Below, piece by piece: positions 50,198-63,394 of a stretch of DNA of 64,000 bases. Source of the DNA: Owenia fusiformis (Eukaryota); contig CAIIXF020000001.1 in NCBI GenBank assembly GCA_903813345.2, positions 19,840,001 through 19,904,000 on the forward strand, given 5' to 3'. How positions within the stretch are numbered: position 1 is the stretch's first letter; each line of letters opens with the position of its first letter. The translations under genes and the position numbers were made by a program. The notes under the pieces were generated by a model. It did no database searches. It saw only the letters and a program-made list of their open reading frames with translations, and was not told the DNA's origin.

Positions 50198-50744
50198 CAT
50201 GTACTAGTATTGTATATTGACATATATTTTTTTGACACGGTCACATTCATGTCATTGAACTATCTGAAAATAGCGTGTCAATTGCTCCATTACTATATAA
50301 ATAATGTCTGAGTAACATATGGAACTCCTTGAAGAGACCAAAGTTCTTTTGGCGCTTGTACTTGACTTTGTTACCTCGTAAATCATATTTAACCCTCCTC
50401 TAGATATTTTGTGCGTCAAGTACTCCGGGCAAGTATCCTATCTGTCCGTCCATCCTTTTGTCTCTGTATGATATCTCAAATGGTTTGACGGATTTGATTT
50501 AAATTTTGTAGGCTGGTGCCTTGTGAGCTTAGAAATTTTTCTCAAGAAGGATAATCCAATATGGCAATAATTTCAAAATAGCCACTAATTTTTAGTAATA
50601 AAAATGTACTTTTTGATAAATACCGGTTACAGTATCGGATTTGCTCAAAAAGAGATTCCTGTCTTATTGAAATGTGAACTCAAAATAATAGAGCCACTAC
50701 CCGAGAAGGAGTTTCTAACGTGTCATGTCAAAATGAGCCAATAC

Positions 50745-51035
50745 CACACCGGAATACCCTGACAACGATAAAGTCAGATACCGTTGTCACAAATGGTGGA
50801 CATAACAGTCGCTTCAACTCTTTTTTTATTTGAAATTTATTTCATTAAAACATAATAACATTTGTACATATTCGTGGTCGTGACGCCTACATATAGGTAT
50901 ATAATTGACCACGATTTAAAATCATTAATCTAAAATTTTCAAGTGCTTGAAAGTTCAACACAACATGACACTGGGTAAACCATAATTTTGTGACAACGGT
51001 ATCTGACTTTACCGTTGTCAGGCTATTCCGGTGTG
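50745..51035. mobile_element. Transib-type MITE (CAC...GTG ends, 5-bp TSD)
   Basis: aatac|cacaccggaataccctgacaacgataaagtcagataccgttgtcacaaa ... tttgtgacaacggtatctgactttaccgttgtcaggctattccggtgtg|aatac. Confidence 0.85.
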
Positions 51036-51201
51036 AATACTAGTACCTGGTTAATTTTATCATAATATTTTAAAATGATATGCGTTGGTATTCTGAATTT
51101 ATTACGCTTACAATAAAGTGTTTCATCTATATCTATGGTCATTATAAAGATCTATATCGTGTCATTTCTTGACTCTTTTTATTTAAAGAATACAAGAGTT
51201 A

Positions 51202-51327
51202 TGCCTGGGTCACATTTGCTAATATTCATCGGCCGATTGAGTATTCTGTTCACAATATTCAGTTTTGAACAGAATACTCAATCGGCCGGGCGCCGGCCGA
51301 TGAATCGGGGCAAATGTGACCTAGGCA
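51202..51327. mobile_element. 126-bp Harbinger-type MITE
   Basis: tta|tgcctgggtcacatttgc ... gcaaatgtgacctaggca|tta, with an internal 22-bp inverted repeat. Confidence 0.85.
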
Positions 51328-52165
51328 TTACACGTAGTAGTTATAGGCCTAACAAATTTCCAAGACACCTTATCTTTCAAAAAATAAATCAAGTATGTTT
51401 AGATTAAGCTGGTACCGGGTACCGGGTAGTAAATCCTCCATGCTGGGTTCAAACTTGGTACCCGCTCGAAAAAAACGGGTACCCAAAAAACGAAAAATAC
51501 GAATATATGACATATATCATTATAAAGCCTCTGTAGTATTCACCCATGAATATAACGAGTAATATTTGAAAAACATGACAAATCAATCTTACTCTATTTT
51601 CAATAGTTCGTATGTTACGTGAATTGTTTTGATTATGCTTTAAATCTGTAAATAGCTGATGATTTCACTATATTCCCCTTCGAAATGACGTTATTGTACT
51701 ATTATTAAATCCATTTGAAAGTTGATTGATTTTTTGTTATTGAATCATGAAAATGTAAAGTTTAAGTGCATTTTATGGATTATTTTGACCTGATGTAGCC
51801 ATTACAGTACTGTAACATGGTGTACAGTTTGTATATTGTATATTTGTATATTGAACATCATGTTTGGCTATGAAGTATTACAACAACGCAATTGTGATTA
51901 ATGGTATCACCGACCTCAGTTTGGCACTGCATGCCATTCACATTCCAATTTGTTAATAATCAACTTAAAAACATAAAAATTTTATTGAATATTCTGTTTG
52001 TAATTACATCAGAATGCTACATTTATGAAACGTCTGGCAATGGACAATAACTTACAGACTTTAACGGATGAAATGTAACATACGGACTGCAACAAATGGA
52101 CTGCAACATACTGACTGTAACTTAACACCATTTAATTTTTATTTCCCACTAATTATGTAAACATA

Positions 52166-52748
52166 TTCGGTCAAGTCAAGTCAAGTAAACCTAAGTTTCT
52201 GAATTTCCACTATGTCCCTGTATACCCCTACTTCAAAAGATGTATGTTATTTGTCATTTTTCATTATGAACCAAACATAAATGTATTTTTTCTTTTTTAC
52301 ATATAAAATGAACTTCCTGTTTCAAGTTCTTACAATTCAAGGTTAAAACAAATATTTTGAAAGTTGTGATTTCGAATGTAATCTTCTACTCAATGAAAGG
52401 AGTGGTATCGATATGGAGAACTTTTGAACACACGTTTCTCTTAAACCAGTCATAAAAAATCTAAAAAATTAACACATGGTCAATTTAATGGTCATCTTGT
52501 GAATGGTAACAATATAATTTGAAATATATATATATACTTTCATCTATATTGTTTTAGAAAACACACCAAACACTTGTTTTGGGAGAACGTTTTGTTGAGT
52601 ATGGATTCGAGATGTACTCAAAATTAATACGTTAAAATGTGTATTATAATCTTAATAACCACCTCACAAATTATTTTGGAAATAAAAGATGTACGATATT
52701 TAAGATTTTTATTTTCGAATGTTGACTTAGTTACTCGACTTGACTGAT
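52166..52748. mobile_element. Old TA-flanked MITE
   Basis: ta-ttcggtcaagtcaag..taaacctaagt versus acttagttactcgacttgactgat-ta. Confidence 0.5.
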
Positions 52749-53253
52749 TATGCAATCTGGACTTCCCAAGAAAACAGCTAAATAACAACAGTAACTGTCA
52801 TTGGCCAATGTAAATTAATGGAGCGTTATCTCATTGGCTATTTGGAACTCTGTCTAAGACTTACTTGAATTTTTTAATTGAAAATCTTAAATGGCTAAAT
52901 GCTCGTCCTAAATAATCCTAAAATTCGTAAAATCAATGGGTTCAGCAATATACAGAACTTAGTACTTACACACACCTCACAGTCTTATGCATGAAAAAAC
53001 ATCCCAAAATTTATCTAAAATGTGGCAAAAGGGAAATTCAGTATTGAGAGGGCATGAAATGATCAAAAATAACTCCAAAAGAGAGGTTTATCCAAGTTTA
53101 AAATTCTTAAAAATACTAATGTGATATTTGTACAAATTATTGAATTATTACAGATATTGTTGGAGACTGTGGAAGGACAGTAGAAGCGTCTAATAAGCCA
53201 ACACAGACTGGTAGTGTTTAAGCTATACTTGTATTATGATTGTTTAGGATATA

Positions 53254-53434
53254 ATGTAAAACCTGTGTACAGTGAACACATATGGAGCAATAAAAAAGTA
53301 TTCACTGTAGTTAGGTATTTAATACAGAGGCAGTTTTATACAGAACTCAGTGGAGTATGTACTGAGGAAATGTGTTCACTTTACATACACTGCTGTTCAC
53401 TAGAGCAAGGTGCTCACTAAGACAGGTTTTACTG
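53254..53434. mobile_element. pogo/Tigger-like MITE
   Basis: ta-atgtaaaacctgtgtacagtgaacac ... gtgctcactaagacaggttttactg-ta. Confidence 0.65.
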
Positions 53435-54392
53435 TACACTATAAAATATTCCGGTTAAACAGCATATTCTTTAGACTAATAAATGTTCCTGGAGTGCATT
53501 TTTAACTGGGGGTTTTAGAAGAATCACTCTTGCAAACTTCCATGCATTCGTTTTCATAATAAAGACAAATACTGATTTTTATGAAATGCCAAATTTTCCA
53601 TATATTTGACCAACAGTGTCCTTTTTAAAACTAGTGACACTATAATAAAATAATAATTAATAATGATATAAAAATAATAATTGTTGTAAATCTAAACCAT
53701 ACTTAATTATTTGATATAATAAATACATGTAATAAAATCCATATTTGTTTATTCTCTTAGTTTTGTTTCTGTATGTTGGATACTTTTAGATCGATAGCAC
53801 AAAATGTATGAACTCAATTGATATATCACACAACTCATATATACAAAAAACTAATGATAGCCTTAGTAGAATGACTCTTAACCAAAAACTTGGTATTACA
53901 AGGCCTTCATCATACAATAGTAAAAATATATTGAACTTCAGCAGTCAGGCTTTTGTGTCAATTTTAGTAAAATCATTGGAATAAATAATTAGCCAGCAAC
54001 TTTCGCAATGACAGGAATGATGCAGTAGATGGACAAATTCTCTTAATTCATACCGGTCATGGTAAATCAATGATATTCAGAATTACTGTAGAAGGAACCA
54101 TGTGATTAATAACAAACACAATAGGAGGCAGCATAAAATATCATTGCCTCTATACTCCAGAGGTGATTTCAATCCTTTCACCAAATACCAGTCACAAAAT
54201 GGTGGCCTTGACAATGGGTAGTGATTCTTAATCAATCAGTTATAAAATTGTGCCAAACTAATCTAATTTACAATATTCCCTGAAGAGAATCAGCCACCAT
54301 TCATCTTTAAACAATTGAAAGAGCTGAAACCACAAAAGCACACGGACGGAATGATTCAAGCAGTAAATGATATAGTATATTGTACTTTGTTA

Positions 54393-54622
54393 CTGTACTA
54401 CTTAATTTGGCGCTACTTATTTTGGCGGATTTGCTGTTTTGAAAATTTGGCAGCTACTTAATTTGGCGGACTTGTAATATTACAAAGTACTCACAAACTC
54501 ATGGTACTAATTTACATGGTGCTAAAGTTACTGCTGAATTTTCGGTTACTTAATTTGGCGAACTTTAACAATTTGGTGGATCTGTCAAAATAAAACGGCC
54601 GCCAAATTAAGTAGAAGCACAG
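54393..54622. mobile_element. TA-flanked MITE at the start of the AMN1 3' UTR
   Basis: ta|ctgtactacttaatttggcg ... cgccaaattaagtagaagcacag|ta, with internal aatttggcg repeats. Confidence 0.75.
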
Positions 54623-54630
54623 TAAGGAAT

Positions 54631-55431
54631 TCAATATACTGTCCACGTGATCTGTTTCACTTTCTTGGATTCACCAGATTGTTGGAGCATCTCTTCTAGT
54701 GCTACCCTGGATTGTTCAGTGACTTTAGGGCATGCATGGAAGAGCAGAATGTTAATTCTGGGGCACATCTGCAGGAGGCCCTCTATAGACTCATCTGTGA
54801 TATTCTTACAGTGGTCCATATGAACTTCCTTGAGGGCTTTGGCACAGCTTCCCATTGCTAGTGCAATGACTCCATTGTCTGTGATATCAGTGTTGGCAAT
54901 GTTGATACATTCTAAATATTTACAGTTAGCAAGTGCATGGAGGGAGACATCAGTGATTTGTGTACAGCCTCCAATGTTTAATTCACGCAGACGTGGACAG
55001 TTGGTGGCTAGAGCAACGACTCCTGGATCAGTCATAGTCAGACAACGACGTAAATACACCACTTGGAGGTTGTGACATGCTGCAGCAATAACACTAACTC
55101 CGTTAGATGTAATTGTGGTTCTGCTTTCCTTAGCAGAGTTGAGGTCAAGTTTTCTTAATTGCGTACATACAGCAATTTTCTCTAAACCAATATCACTAAC
55201 ATCACACTCACTGAGATCTAATGTAACAACAGATTTTGTAAGAATCAATCCAAGATTATCATCATTGAGTAAGCCACGCTTGCTCATGAGGATCATTAGG
55301 CGATCTTTGACACTATTTGGAAGAGTTGAGATTCCAGACATGTTGTGTGAGACACCCTGTACCACACCCTCAAGACATGACTTCATCAGGGTAGGCACCC
55401 TGTACCAGTTGTTCCCACTCACAGAGGCCAT
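54631..55431 (-). CDS. AMN1: AMN1 homolog (leucine-rich repeat protein), single coding exon, 266 aa from the first ATG
   Basis: LPNSVKDRL..LMSKRG, TDPGVVALATNCPRLRELNIGGCTQITDVSLHAL, ILLFHACP and terminal KQITWTVY match metazoan AMN1. A TTTTAAG acceptor precedes 55473. Confidence 0.92.
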   Translation of the reverse strand: MASVSGNNWYRVPTLMKSCLEGVVQGVSHNMSGISTLPNSVKDRLMILMSKRGLLNDDNLGLILTKSVVTLDLSECDVSDIGLEKIAVCTQLRKLDLNSAKESRTTITSNGVSVIAAACHNLQVVYLRRCLTMTDPGVVALATNCPRLRELNIGGCTQITDVSLHALANCKYLECINIANTDITDNGVIALAMGSCAKALKEVHMDHCKNITDESIEGLLQMCPRINILLFHACPKVTEQSRVALEEMLQQSGESKKVKQITWTVY

Positions 55432-57322
55432 TCTGTTGGTCTGGTTGGATGTTGAGGCAGCAGATATGTTCTCCTTAAAATACACAAGGTGTGAACAATT
55501 ATCAGCTATTTGAAAGAATTAACAGAGCCACTAGGGATCAATGTAAAATTCACAGGCAGATAGCTAGAAGAGGCTTTATTGTACTTAGTGATATTGGCTA
55601 TTTGTATGATTATTCTGAAATTTAGGGCCTATATTCTTCAAGCTTAAGGTAGTTATACACCTGAAGAATATCTTTTAGTTTTGATAGATGTTGTGAATCA
55701 GGTTTTGAAACTCGTGACTGCTTCATTGTCACCAGGAATCAATTTATAATAGGGATATGAAATGCCTAACACCCATACCATTTAAAACCATTTCTCTAAA
55801 CATCCTTTATGGGAGGAAAGAAGATGCACAGAACTCATTAATGTTATTCTTATATATTTCATATCAATGTTCCAATAAATCTACATGTATAACAAAATAC
55901 ATACATGTACAGTTCATAAGGATGTAAAGAGGATTAAAACTAGAAAACTGCAACTCCACGGAGTAGCAAATCCCAACGAACAAAATATTCATGAATCTGT
56001 ATATGTCACAATATAATATTTACCATCTACTCAATGCTTATTTGCAGATAACTTAAGACAGACAATTTTAGCATTTGAGTGGTCATTTTTGAGTTTCAAA
56101 GGTACAAATCATGAAGACAATACAATATTTGTTATTGTATATAGAAGTAGGACAATCTAACCATACTTTGATCACCTCTGAAATTCCTTCAATTTGAGTA
56201 TAATATATAGAAAAACGTTGAAGGGATCAGAAAATTATCTGCAATGTACTCTAAATTCCCTTTCATTTGAGTATAATAAAGCTATACTTCTTTAAACAGA
56301 CATCTTTAAATTTACAGATATTCCTGTTATCTTGAGCCCTTGCACTCACCCCTGGTGGTAAGGCGGAATATTAAAGAGATATATCTTATCAAAAATGCAT
56401 GCAATAATACCAAATACTTTACTTTGAAATCAAACACTTAAGAGTTATGAACAAAATATGTCTACTGATATTTTACTATATATATCCCTACTGAACTTCA
56501 TTCATTGGGATAATAAGTGGAGGTTTCTCAAATACAAGACTTCAGTGTACCTCTCAGCCTTAACTACTTCACATCTTAAGACAAGAAAAATAAATTTTCA
56601 CTGCAGAATTAATGTCTCATTTGATCGATGTTATGTATTTATTTATTTTATTAAGTGTCGCCTGTTGTACAAAATAGCCAGCCCAAATGGGGTTATGAGA
56701 CACATTAAACATTTAATTATTAATCTTATATTTTTTAACAATACTCTTGGTTTTAAATATATTTATAAATGATTCAATATTTGGTGTTAAAAATGTATGT
56801 GCGGTACAATTATTACTATTTGTGGTTAATAATGTAAGGGATGAACATAGATACAATACATAAGGTATCAACTTTAACTGTGTACATTTACTTTTAATAA
56901 TTTTTATAATTCAGGTGAACAATATACAACAGTTGACTTCATCATCAACTGACTTGGCAAAATACTGTAAAAAAGTAAGTAAAAAAGAATTCAAGAAGTA
57001 AGTGAGGTCAACAATCATTTTAATGGCTGAAAAATCTGCTTTTAGAAAATAAGTACTGTAACTGTACAGTTACAGTATGAATACAATAATCTGATAGTCT
57101 GATAATAAATAAAACTAAAGCCTGTGGAAGTGTGAAATCTAGACAAAGAACGGGAAATTTAAGACTAAAGTACAAGTAACTACTATCTAAACAAATTGTA
57201 TACAGTGTACATCTAACTGACCAATCAGATTGGAGTTTTTAGGTACAGACTTATAAATCATTATTGTTTATTACATCAAAAGGGTTTAGATTGATCCCTT
57301 TTAAAAGATAGTGGTCCTTAAC

Positions 57323-59225
57323 TCATTCAAAATCAAATGTCAAATCAAAATCAATCTGTCCCATCTTATCATTGTACATTTTCATAAATCTCTCATCTTG
57401 AGAAACAGTGAAATAATTTTTCCAATCTCCTATTTCTCCTTTACGCATGAATGGTGATACTGAGTGGTCTATGACAGAGATATTTGTAAAGTTCACCATT
57501 GGGTTGGACTTCATGCTGTCAAACTTTGTATGTTGATGTATCTTTTCCAGCATTTCATCATTAACATCCTTGCCTAAAAATGTGGCTATTTTCTGTATTT
57601 CTTCGATGGGATTACGTTTCATATCCTCATATTTCATGAAAAGCACATCAGGATTTTGCACAGAGGCCTTGTACCAGGGAATGATGTGATCAAACCAGCT
57701 TCCTCCCCCGACATATCCTTCGACAAACATTTCGAAAAACTCCTCCCATCCTCTATTGAAGTTCCCCAAGCTTTTATTGGACCGATAAAAATGATAAAAA
57801 GAGACAGCGACATCTTTTGGGTTACGTGCAACATACACAACCTTAGGCCTTGTCGACTCAGGATTATGGTAACTTTTAGGTAAGGCATTATAAGGTACGT
57901 GGGTCTTGGTTAGTTTTGGTTTTTCCAAAGCTTTGATGACAGCTATTCTTGAAGCGACCTCGATAAAAGGGCAGCGATTCATCAATTCGATTTTCTTTGC
58001 TTTGTCTGTGTTTACTTGATTGTAGAGCAACCAAACAATCTCCTGTGTCCAGGTTGTGCCTGCAATACATTGAATTTAGATTGAAAGCAAATGCTTACAA
58101 AATGCTGGTAATTACTTTGAAGGATTAAAATTGATGGAAGAATAATGACACTTACTATGAACATATAAGGAATAAAGACTGAGATTTTATGATTTATGGC
58201 GTAATATATGACCAAAAATTTTATTCTGTTCATTGTTAAAAGACTTTGGCAAAAATTTGAGGTCATATATTTGATGGAATAATAATGACAGTTACTATGA
58301 ACATTAATGAATATACTCAATGAAATAATACAACCTATTACAGTATGTCACATATCCAGCAATGAATATAGCAAACATCATAAAAAATTACTGTTGACTT
58401 TTTCAAATTTGGTATTTTTTCTGAGCTCCACCTTAGCATCATTGGAAGGAGAGTGAAATATTGAACAAGGCAAAGCAGTGATAATTTTTTTTGCATTAAT
58501 GATCATTCAGCATTCCTAAAAACTAGCCAGGTCGTGATTTTCATACCAGGAGGCATCCTGCAATTCAAGAATTTGATGATAATCAAAAATTAGTTGGCTC
58601 TAGAACTTGATAACAAATATCAGCAATGATTGAAAATACTTTACATAATATGGCCGAAACTTCATGGGGTCTTATTAGTTTATCTTTCAAGTACAATAAA
58701 TATACTACCCTATAAGAAAAAAAGTTTGAGATCTGTGTTGATGTGCAATATATTATACAAATATTCAATTATATTTAGGTGAATACCTTTGCATATTCAA
58801 TATGACTTGTGAAAGTGCCACAGGAAATTAGGACAAATTATAATTTACCTTGTTACATGCCCTATATCTAATCCTTCCCAGTGAATAAATCCTATTTATG
58901 AACAGGTTTGAAATGATCTGACGCCATCAGACAATTGGTTTAAGTTTGAAATAAGATTTAAGATTCAATAAATATTAGATTAATATATATTATTTTTTTC
59001 TCATCTTACACATACTAAATACCACTTTTCTAATTTACCTGATTTAGCATAAGAGGCTATAATGCAGTCGTCAGCAGTAAGGTCAATGTTATCATAAGCC
59101 TCGGCTTCTGGAGTTCCTTCCTTCAACATTCCACCATGCACCATGGCACCCCTAAACAAATGTTCTCCACTGATCTTGTGGGGAAACTTAGCGGCTAACT
59201 TCTCATATCTCTCGGGGTTCATCAT
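57323..59225 (-). CDS. Cytosolic sulfotransferase (SULT1-like), 2 coding exons, ~307 aa
   Basis: Exons 59225-59039 and 58059-57323 join across a phase-1 intron to give YAKSGTTW (5'-PSB). Also KTH, RNPKDVAVSFYHF (3'-PB) and RKGEIGDWKNYFTVSQ. AATAAA ~50 nt after the stop. Confidence 0.94.
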
Positions 59226-60994
59226 TAACTTTCTACAATATGTAATAATACAGCACAGTACAAGCAAATCCCTTGAATATCCGTCAAAATCCCGCGAAAT
59301 TTGGTGAATGTCCCTTGAAATCCCACAAATTTATGTAAATGTTCCACACACAAATTTTGGTAAATGTCCAGCAAGATCATGCAAATTCAGGTGAGTGTCC
59401 CGCAAATTCGGTGCAAAAATCTATTCTATCAGCACTGTTACGTATAAGAATATATATTTAAAGGGGTCACAGATAACTATCAACATATGATTGGTTATAA
59501 TGAAAACATGATTGGTTATATCAACGCTACGCACTAACACATCACGCGACAATGTGCTAATACGAAATGATCAATCCTCTTATCGATGTGCCACACCCAC
59601 TCTAATGTGTGGTCATGAAGACCTTTATTATTTTCAAAAGCTGACAATTTTTAGCACGCGCTTTACACCAGTAACATAATACATGTACCGCAATGCATTT
59701 AGGATTTTAGGAATCTTTTCATGTAGTTGAACCTCCAATCATATGGTTTATCGACAGAATGAGGAAATTTTTGTTTTTCATTAATACCTCTTTTCAAGAT
59801 GGTGGTAGGAGTTAGAAGGGGATTCCCCATAATATTATCCAGGTCTAGTGCTGAATAGTGCATACCGTTCCCAGGGAGTTTACTGTATAAAACAATCAGG
59901 TCATAGGCTGAACCCTCAGATATCAATATATTCCCATACAAATATGTTAAATTTCAATGTGTTCCCATACCAACCAAAATAACGCCCAAAAGCCATACCA
60001 AATATAGGACCAATCCATACCAAATATCCAGATATTAGACCAGGCATTCACTGTCTAAAGCCCCGAGAAGAATGCTGATCTTTGAGGAAAATGATCCAAA
60101 ACAAGCTCAATTAAATTAAAGATATGTTCTAGTCACTAGACCAATGCTTATACCAAAAGTGAGAGGTAACATATTTTCCAAGACCATTTTCATACCAGAA
60201 AGTGGAACAATCTGACCATTGTCATAATTCCAAATGGTGACGGTGATTATACATCTTGGGAGAGGTCTCCTGGGCATGTGAATTCGTACGATCCAAGAAT
60301 TTATCCGGATAAATTTTATCATATTGGATCATTGATCTGGATTAATATTTGTCTCTGGTATAACCTATACCATGGGCATTCAATGAAAGCCCATGCCTAT
60401 ACGCTTTGTATGTTTGGAATAAAAAGCACTAAAGAACCAAAGAATCATTGTAAATAGTTCTCTGTGGTAAATACTGCTCATTGTGAAAATCAAACTTGAT
60501 AAAAAAAAGTTAATCAAAAATTTGATTCAAAATATAAGGCGACACAACTTATTGATCCTTCCGCCAAATAGATGGCATTTTACAAACAAGAATATAGTCC
60601 AATTATTGTAATTATATTAGCATCACCAGTGGTTGGATTTTGGTAAGTACATTAATGGAAAAGTGTATATATGGACCAACTCTAACACATGATTTGATGT
60701 GATTGGGGTGCATTTTCTTTAAGAAATTTAACCTTTTTGACCTGCCTCCATCTGTCAAAATCAGAGTGACAATTTTTGACATTTTCTATAGATGGCGTAT
60801 TCAACAGGTGAGATCTTTTGATTTTCATGGTGAGTTTTGGTTCAAACTTTTTTGACTGACAGAGGGCCATGGGCTTTCAATTAGAGTTGAAAGCCCATGA
60901 GAGGACACAGTGGGGTATGATGGCATGATAACGAAACATGTCCACAAATCTTAGTTTTCTCTGAAAGACAAATTATTTAGATGGGAATATGTTC

Positions 60995-63098
60995 CTCAAG
61001 TCTCTAGCCAAATTACTTCGCTAGAAGACCTAGCATGTGGACCACCGTGCACTAGTGAAAACGATCTTTTGGAGTAAAAATAAATTGACATGTTATTTTA
61101 AAAATCGTAATGAGAATATTTCATCAAATAGAATGTAAACGAATACTATCCTTTGTGACGTGAGTGCAAGCTTTCATCTAAAATTAAATCAACGGCTCCA
61201 AGAAAAATGGCGGATGTTCAACGACAACAACAAAAACTGGACGAACATGTCGTTAAAGTCTGTTAATGTCTGTTAAAGTAGCGATCTAAAAGACTTGAAC
61301 TAATACACTGATCACATCCTGTGTGTTTTGAAAGTTTTTTGAGGTAATAAGACCAAAACTCGCAATTCAAATTGTGAAGTGAAAAAATGGCGACTGGTTG
61401 ATTTCAAATGATCACGACATGCCTCTTATGAGGCAGAACAAAACACACAGGGATTTATGCATGGCATAAGGCTGCAATATAATGGAAGCCTTAGACTAAG
61501 GTAAGGAATATGCATGTTATAGCATTTGGTTGTGTCATGGGCATTCAACTACTAGTTATCGACGTAGAGAGCTGCGCAATGAATGATGACATGTTTTATG
61601 TTATACAGGAATTATAAACAAGCTATAAGTGAGTTAAATTCTCTTTATTATCAGCATGGAATATAGATAATATTAATAATAGAATTAGAAACTTTGAAGT
61701 GGGCGATAATAAAATGAATAATATTTTCCATGCATTTTACAAATTGCTCGTGCAATTTTATTGCCTATTTTTCAAACATACTTGATTAAATAACTTACTT
61801 TAACTGCTGGATGTTGTTGCTAGATGAATTTAGCGCTCACCTGTGCTGTAAATCGGTAGATTATCAATATTTTTTTTATTTTTTCTGTTGATGATATAAT
61901 CAACCAATCAAATTTGATTTTGCAATATCTAAATTCTAGAAACGAGATTTCTCATTGGCCTATTTTCTGGAACATGACGTCACTGCTGCAACCAGGAAGT
62001 AATTTGAGAGACGACATTTTTTCCAACTATTGATCATTCTGTCCAAAGGTAAGTCATTTATGATTGGTCTTATATGTCTTGTAGGTGAATTGAACATTGT
62101 TCTTTCTCTCGTACACCTAGTTTTATTTGGATGTGGTCTGAATCAATACGATAATGATATTTGGAACAGTGCTCACTAGGCTAAGTGATTTTGAGTCACT
62201 GCTTCATTGCGTCAGTACGGCAAAAATAAGAAATTGGGAGACCATTGTGCAATAATATATGGAAAAGTATATTCATAATGTACATGAATGACATTTGTAT
62301 ATTTCAGATTTTTTAGTTTTTTGTGCAATAAGTCTGTGCCGTCTTGTAATTTGAAGAATTTCAGCCATGCTAATCTTATTGAAAATAACATGGCAGAGAA
62401 GCATCCAAATATAAGAGGCCACACACTTTATAAGCCAAACTAGAAGCAATCCAAGATATACTAATGTCATTCATGTACAATAGGAATATATTTTTCCATA
62501 TATTATTGCAAAATGATATTTTGATTTCTTATTTTTTAGCTTTTACTGACGCAGTTGAAACAGTGAAATGGACTCTAGACCTTACCTTCTTCTAAGGCCA
62601 CTGTATCTAGGCCTTCGTATCGTGGCCTTCCTGGAAAGATAATTTCCTGCATGAACAATTGGTCATGTCGTAATCATATGTCCGCCATTTTTCCACATCA
62701 CAATTTGAATTGCCAGTTTTAGTCTTATAACCTCCCCAAAAATTCCAAAATACACATGAAGTGATCAGTGTATTAGTTCACATCTTCTGGATCGCTAACT
62801 TAGAATTTACAGCCAGTTACTAATGTCAGACATTACCGACATTTCGTCGAGTTTTCGAATATCGCCATTTTTCTTGAAGTCATTTTGTTTTAATTTTAGA
62901 CGAAATCCTGACGAAATCATGTCATATCTCATCAAGGAGTTGAGTCGGTTCCGATTTAATTGATGATTTATTTATCTGGCGATTTTTAAAATATTCAATA
63001 AATTTATAACACTCCGGCCAGCTTTTTTCAAATGGACTTCACAGTATTCCAGATGAAATCACCTCTAGCCAAAGCCAAGTATTGGCTAGAGACTCGAG
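60995..63098. mobile_element. Old foldback-type element with ~500-bp imperfect TIRs and a nested inverted repeat (62197-62565)
   Basis: ctcaagtctctagccaa ... ttggctagagactcgag; the arms stay alignable, e.g. gaactaatacactgatcac / gtgatcagtgtattagttc. No TSD was found. Confidence 0.7.
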
Positions 63099-63109
63099 TA
63101 AATTAGACC

Positions 63110-63199
63110 TAACCAAACCCGTCTGGCCCAGTTACCTAGTCCCGAAGTCGTAGATCTACGACGTCAGGAGTAGATAACTGATCCAGACAGGTTTGGTTA
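63110..63199. mobile_element. 90-bp palindromic miniature element, TA...TA ends, 9-bp TSD
   Basis: Palindrome centred on gtcgtagatctacgac; flanks aattagacc / cattagacc (8/9). Confidence 0.75.
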
Positions 63200-63394
63200 C
63201 ATTAGACCTACCATGTGCCTCATTTCTTATCTGACATGTCTTATGGCCCCGGCCAGGTCTAACGTCCATGATCATTTTGCCTTTGATGCGTAAATTTAAT
63301 CGTCCCGCATGTTTCGACAAGCGGAACTAATTAAACCCTGAAAACATGGTAATAGTATATAAAGAATGTGATTCAAGCATGCATATGTAACGAC

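Noticed and set aside
51406-51495. ggtaccgggtacc-rich hAT-like terminus
   Set aside because: No matching second end or TSD was found, so boundaries cannot be supported.
49547-55513. Antisense or alternative-frame ORFs over UGT and AMN1 (e.g. 49547-50029, 55115-55513)
   Set aside because: Shadow ORFs of real coding sequence with no independent signal.
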